From Oculina patagonica (Eukaryota), in the NCBI RefSeq assembly GCF_052425735.1, contig NC_135758.1, positions 23,374,001-23,438,000 of the forward strand: a DNA stretch of 64,000 nt, written 5' to 3'. Shown in pieces: positions 58,716-64,000 of this stretch. The position numbers were made by a program, and so were the translations under genes. The notes beneath the pieces were generated by a model. The model did no database searches and was not told where the DNA came from. It saw only the letters and a list, made by a program, of their open reading frames with translations. Every line of letters begins with the position of its first letter. Positions within the stretch are counted from its first letter, which is position 1.

Positions 58716-59165
58716 CGGATTCATTTGGTTTGCAGATGGATTTATTTCTTTAATAGCTGTTACCATCATCTGGTCAGTATCGGTCATTACTAGCGCGTAT
58801 CTGGCGAGACGTAACCGGTTTCGCAATATAGTCGAGACACATTAATTACCACCACGAGCTTAAAGAAAACTTATCCTACATAACATGGACACAGAGCTGG
58901 GTAATGTTGATGTAAGGCTTTGGTGAAACAGTCGAAACGTTTTGATCCACAATCGATTGCTTGAAAAGGCTGGAATCGTATTATCACCCATCTTTGGCTA
59001 AAATTGTAGGAAATGTTATGTTGGGCAAGATACTTTATCATAACAAAATGAGGCAAACTTGACAATGCCGGCCGTTTGGATTAATCTTTATACTTGTCAT
59101 TCAAACTTTAATTTCCAGCAAACTGATTACCTTTTTGGTCAAGGAAATGTCTAGATCTGAGAAAT
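58716..59165 (+). pseudogene. Heavily deleted GPCR remnant (type B) plus its 3' flank
   Basis: Colinear pieces matching 55221-55234, 55292-55363, 55380-55399 and 55727-56150. Confidence 0.8.
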
Positions 59166-59188
59166 AATTTTTCTGCCAGCTACCAACT

Positions 59189-59304
59189 GTCCGTATTAGA
59201 GAGGTGACCGTCTTATAGTGGGATACGTTACTGAAAAACGGCAGGGACGGGACCAACACCAGGTTTTCATCTTATGGAGGTGTCCGTTAAGAGAGTTGAC
59301 TGTA
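59189..59304. mobile_element. Terminal fragment of a mariner/pogo-type MITE
   Basis: gtccgtattagagagg...gaggtgtccgttaagagagttgactgTA end. Confidence 0.55.
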
Positions 59305-60405
59305 CAGCTTAAAAGTAACTCCGCAATACACTTATGTGTCTGCTTAAGGTTCCATTTTGTGCGCTCAAGAATTGGTAGCTAATACGAGGGGCTCCAAATG
59401 TAAGTGTTCAAGTTAGACATACTGCTGATACTGGAGGTTGTTGACAATTTGCATGAAGAGTGTGTCAAGTCAAACGTTTGTGCAACACGTTCCGACATTT
59501 GAAAACCTGTGTGAAACAATCAAGCAGATTACCCAATCAACACGTTTCGTTGTTGGGCAATTTCAACAAGGTCCAACATGTTAGTTGTTGGATCAAAAAA
59601 TGCACAACGTGACCACCAAATTTCCAGAATATAGCATTAGATGAGAAATGTGGCAATGAGGAAGTCTCAAGCTTTTGGGGCAAAAGTCGGTTTAAGTTAT
59701 AATGGTAGTATTTAATGTATGGTGTTTTATTGTGCCCTCACTGTAAAAATTTGGCGTCACACACGGCCGGTCATTTGGAAGGTTTTACTGTGCGGCGCCG
59801 TACCTTTCATGCAAAAATCAGTTACTGTTGGCGGTCAGTCTACCAGGCCCTATTTCAAGCTCTTTGAGCTTCTTGTTAAAAAAATGAAGTAAAATGCTTG
59901 ATGTTGGATTCGTTTACTTAAATTTTACTATTTCCTTCCTATTTTCTTATTCATAATTGCACTAATCATGGCGAGCCGCGAGCCTTAGCAACTGAAATAT
60001 GGGGGAAAATTCGTCCCCCATCTGACCTGGACGCTTTTGTTTGAATTCACTGGCGCGTACACTGCTGACAGATAAAACCCACATCCATCTGGAAATATGA
60101 ACATCTTTTCGTGATAGTCACTAACACGTTTATCGACTTAATCTGTCAACGGCTTATTAACTGAAACATACGCCGACGAGACATAAAGTCCCATGCTGAT
60201 ACAAGTCGTCAAATGTATTCAAAAAGGTTTCAAAACTTCTCCACTGAAAAATTCAGTATAGCACCGATAGCACCCTGCCGCAAAATAACGTAGTATAGGC
60301 CATACCAGATACAATATAAATCAAATTCAATTTTTATTTTTACAAGAGCGCTAAAAGATAAAATTAAATACACGCACGCTTTTTGTCTTTAAAGATAAAA
60401 TAAGC

Positions 60406-61479
60406 TCATAGTTCAACTATAAGCTGTTTAAGGGATATTCTAACATGCAGAGCGCGGGCGAGACATTTGTTACTGACGCTCTCTAAACAATCATTACGTC
60501 GGACAAACTTGCCCAACATTTTTTGCAACAGAAATCCCAAAGAGAAAACGTCACTGGCTGGAGACTGTGTGTGCGTACCACCAATAAGCTCAGGGGCAAT
60601 CCACGGATATTTACTTTTGTAAAATTTCTTCTGAACCTCTGTTAGTTCATACCGCTTTGGATTAGAGCGTGGTCTACTTTTGCCAAAATCGATTACAACT
60701 GGTTTCCACTCTTGCGGCGTTCGATGCATTAGTACATTGTTCTCTTTTATATCGTTGTGTAGCCAACCGGCTTCGTGAAGGCAGCGAATAGCATCCACAA
60801 TTTGCTTAAAAATTCTTTCGATATGATCGAATTCGATTATACCGTATTCAATTGCCTTCAGTAAAGAAAAGGACTTCTTGGCCTTACCATAAAATTGAGA
60901 TACCATTAAGTATGGTTTCTCTTTCATACAAACGCCTAAAACGTAGGGCAAGTTTGGGTGATGTTCTTTTTGAAGTTCAGAAATAATTCCTGCCTCCTTT
61001 TTGACTTCATAAACGTTGTTCATTTTAAATTCTTTAACAGCCACTGGAAAATTGCCGTTAAAGTACATAAGGCGCGTTACACCATATGTTCCTTCCCCGA
61101 GTACGATTTCTTTCTCGTCAGGAGACGAGAGCATGGAGCGAGATAATTCTGGCACTGTGATCTTCGGCTGGTGGCGCACTGGTCCTAGCGTACCCTTGTT
61201 GCTTATCCTACTGGGAAGAACGGCTGATCGAAGATATGGTGTCAAGAAAGTCGAACGCGGATTCCTACCCACTGCCATTTTTACCATTGTGCGGGCCCTC
61301 GAAAAATAATTGGCTTTCGGCATTGTTGGTGATTCAACAGCAACAGCGGCGGCAGACTTTTCTACTACCGAAGCCTTTTTAGCTTGTTTCTTTTTGAGTT
61401 TCCTTTGTTTTTTATACTTTTTCCTATCCTCTTTAGTGTGCCTTTCTCTTTTAATGCCTTGTTTTTTTTCCTGATCCAT
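60406..61479 (-). CDS. Intronless Ser/Thr-type protein kinase (non-RD) with Lys/Arg-rich N-terminus, 357 aa
   Basis: First ATG at 61479 (aaaATGG); LGEGTYG, VAVKE, HPNL, LHNDIKENNV, IDFGK, WIAPE, SDVFSLG; AATAAA downstream near 60334. Confidence 0.9.
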   Translation of the reverse strand: MDQEKKQGIKRERHTKEDRKKYKKQRKLKKKQAKKASVVEKSAAAVAVESPTMPKANYFSRARTMVKMAVGRNPRSTFLTPYLRSAVLPSRISNKGTLGPVRHQPKITVPELSRSMLSSPDEKEIVLGEGTYGVTRLMYFNGNFPVAVKEFKMNNVYEVKKEAGIISELQKEHHPNLPYVLGVCMKEKPYLMVSQFYGKAKKSFSLLKAIEYGIIEFDHIERIFKQIVDAIRCLHEAGWLHNDIKENNVLMHRTPQEWKPVVIDFGKSRPRSNPKRYELTEVQKKFYKSKYPWIAPELIGGTHTQSPASDVFSLGFLLQKMLGKFVRRNDCLESVSNKCLARALHVRISLKQLIVEL

Positions 61480-61726
61480 TTTTTCTTTATAGTTTTTGTG
61501 AAAGACAATATTGATTGCGAACCACAAAATACTAATCACTGACTAGTAAAGGGGGATTATATTATAAAGGGGATTATTTCATCAGTGACGAGTTTAAAGA
61601 TTTCGCATATTTTAAACTATTACTGCTGCTGCCCAGTGTGCTGTTGATAGACAATTTACACGGCTCAATTGTCCCAGCATCTGTACGTCGACGATACATG
61701 AGTTTTGGCTTAGAAATTGGAAAATC

Positions 61727-63019
61727 ATGAAAAACCGATTTACTTGCGATGTGAAATGTCCATCTTGTCACCGCCGCTTCAAGTCCTCAAGGACAACCAT
61801 AAAGCACGGCTTAACTAAACACGGACTGACTCTCGATGGGAGGCGCCTGGATTTTTACGACAGTTCAGAAGAGACAGTCACACTCCCTGAAGCGAAAAAG
61901 ATCAGCCCTGCGAGGCTTGAACTATACAAATCCTGGATCGCGTCTTTAACCGAGCGCGTAGGAGAAGCCCTTCACCCTGCTTTGCCAGGTAAGTTAAAAA
62001 TTAGTTATACTGCTTGTATTGACTACTGTGACTATGACGGCCGATACTGCCACACTACTTTTACCAGTTTTTCCGACTGAATCGTTGTCACAATATACTA
62101 TTGAGTCACATTATTTTCGTCCCCAGGCCCCCAAATTTTGATTGGGTATTTTCCTGTTCCGAATAAAATACAGAAACGTACCTAAATATTGAAAGGAAAA
62201 TGCACGTGGATTTGATTTGGCTTCAAATTCAAGATTCTCAAAAAAAGAACACTGCCTATAAAATTCAGTCCGCGGTTCGATTCTTACTAAACGTGACGCT
62301 ACGTTTCTTCTACTATGTGATGTTGCATTCTTTTATATAGTTTACCGATACGACAGCTTTGGTTTTGTATAATTAGTTACAAGAGAAAATTATTTGTCTA
62401 TGGAACTAGGACCAAACAGTGTTTAGCGTGAGCTAAAATTATACAGAACACTTTCCTAACGAAATTAAAGTGAGGCAATTGCAAGGCGACTTCGATGCTC
62501 AAAAAATCACCATTATTTTACTTTTATACTACAGGTAAATGGGTTCGTCTTGAAGATGCATTTTGTCCTAGTGATTTATTTCAGCATCTTCTCTACGAAC
62601 TACACGGACACGCAGAATTCGGACCTCATTCCGTTTCATTCCAGCCCCATCGGAAACTTCCCTACAGGTCCAGTACCATCAAAATATCATACAAAATGTA
62701 CAATATTCAATGGATGAGGGAAATCTTAAATCAGAACGAAGGAATGCAACTTAAAACAGAGGAAACGTTTTCTGGTCTACAAAGTATTCCCAAAGGTGGA
62801 TCTCTGGAGGAGAGGAAAGCGATGGCCAGATCATCGGGTTTGGCAGGTTTTCTAAACAGCCTACAGAAACGTCCAACCTCCATGAGCAAGGTCGTGTGTA
62901 AGGAAAAGGAAGGAAGGGCGACACGCGAGTTGGAGTTGATTTGGTGGCCAAATATTCTCCAGAGTTCCGCATGCGGAAAATTTCAACTACGTTTATATGT
63001 ACAAAAGGCTTTAGTATGA
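61727..63019 (+). CDS. Two-exon 248-aa protein (61727-61988 + 62535-63019) with an N-terminal C2H2 zinc finger and an unrecognised C-terminal domain
   Basis: CPSC-x12-H-x4-H; CCAG|GTAAGT donor and ctacag acceptor join in phase 1 to give HPALPGKWVRL; total 747 nt open. Confidence 0.8.
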
Positions 63020-63583
63020 CATTCAGTTAAGCAACTACGCGTAATTCTTTTTTATCTTTTCGGTGCAATGTTTGCACATTTATCAATACTGGAAGATTAC
63101 GATTACACCGAAAAAATAGTTTTAAGAAGGTTAAAAATGGCTTGTAACTGGTGGAATTTTCAATGTACGCGTCTTTTCTTTTCAGTATGTTGATTGTCGG
63201 GGTATTAAATAATGATTGACCACAGCCGCAAGACGCAGTTATCAATTGGGTTTTGAACTTAAATAAATGGGGGAAGAATATTAGGCGCAATGACAAAGGT
63301 AGGGGTGGAGCGGTTGGGTAAAGGTCACCCTTTTTCCAGGGAAGACGAAACTAAAATTTTAATTCTGACATCTGTAACATTTGGGCTGGATGTTCTGCAC
63401 CTTCAACAAAAATCTGTTGAGTCTCCTGTTTCATCCTGTGTATAAACAAAAAACAAAACAAAAAACAAACAAACAAAAAGAAAAAACGTTAGTATAACAA
63501 CAAATTGAATATTTTAAACCTGCACATGTTGCATAGAATATGTTTCTTCTTATGAATATTAGCTTTATTCATGAACATTCATA

Positions 63584-63900
63584 CACTAAGCGAAGGCGAC
63601 TCACCCGATCGCTTGCCTTTCTCAGGCGACACACCCAGAAAAGCACGTGCAGAACGTAGCTACATCACCTGTATTTCTCAACTTAGCAAATTATAAATGT
63701 AAGAGTGTACTGTTAAAAAGAAAAATTACTCTGCCCCATCCAAATAAATTGCGGAAAAAAAAAACAGTTTAAGATTTCTTCATTATAAAAGCCTTTTCAC
63801 CTACAAAATACACACATACCAAGTTTCCTTGCACTAAGCAAAGGCGACTCACCCGATCGCTTGCCTTTCTCAGGCGACACACCCAGAAAAGCACGTGCAG
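63584..63900 (-). repeat. Direct ~69-bp duplication comprising an exon end and G|GTGAGT donor; probable 3' exons of a minus-strand gene entering from the right
   Basis: cactaagc.aaggcgactcacccgatcgcttgcctttctcaggcgacacacccagaaaagcacgtgcag at ~63584 and ~63832; minus-strand cag acceptors near 63934, 63669 and 63436. Confidence 0.55.
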
Positions 63901-64000
63901 TAGAACTTTGGCCGTGGTTATACAACTTATGCTCTGCGAGAGAACTCAGTGCAACAGGCATGTAAAAATAAACATACCAAACAATAAACATACCAAACAA

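Larger units (their letters stand above)
59739..64000. mobile_element. Putative large CACTA/EnSpm-like element (left end only) carrying cargo genes
   Basis: CACTGTAAAAA terminus at 59739 followed by a shift to CpG-richer, gene-dense sequence; no right end or transposase seen in the window. Confidence 0.4.

Noticed and set aside
59383-59400. TACGAGGGG as an alternative transposon left end for the kinase cassette
   Set aside because: No matching inverted end was seen, and the compositional shift fits 59739 better; not fully excluded.

Overview
Eukaryotic, AT-rich animal genomic DNA with spliceosomal introns. The repeat and GPCR repertoire suggests a stony coral or other anthozoan (inference). 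From left to right it contains: (1) the first two coding exons of a cytosolic ALDH1A-like aldehyde dehydrogenase on the minus strand, with a TNGCGTG (XRE-like) cluster at its promoter; (2) several non-autonomous DNA transposons, including a 1.8-kb near-perfect palindrome; (3) an intronless 677-aa HtrA/Trypsin_2-type serine protease whose fold appears to be interrupted by four copies of an unrecognised ~70-97 aa repeat; (4) class-A GPCR cluster 1, with two intact genes and one inverted pseudogene interleaved with three tRNA-Leu(CAG) genes; (5) a duplicated promoter/non-coding region leading to a GPR19-like receptor, carrying a Penelope fragment with a minimal hammerhead ribozyme and a SINE/Crypton/AcademH transposon stack; (6) GPCR cluster 2, with five intact genes and two remnants; (7) a compact head-to-head pair, an intronless non-RD kinase and a spliced C2H2-finger protein, lying behind a CACTG terminus and probably cargo of a large CACTA/EnSpm-like element that runs out of the window. 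No CRISPR array or rRNA was seen.
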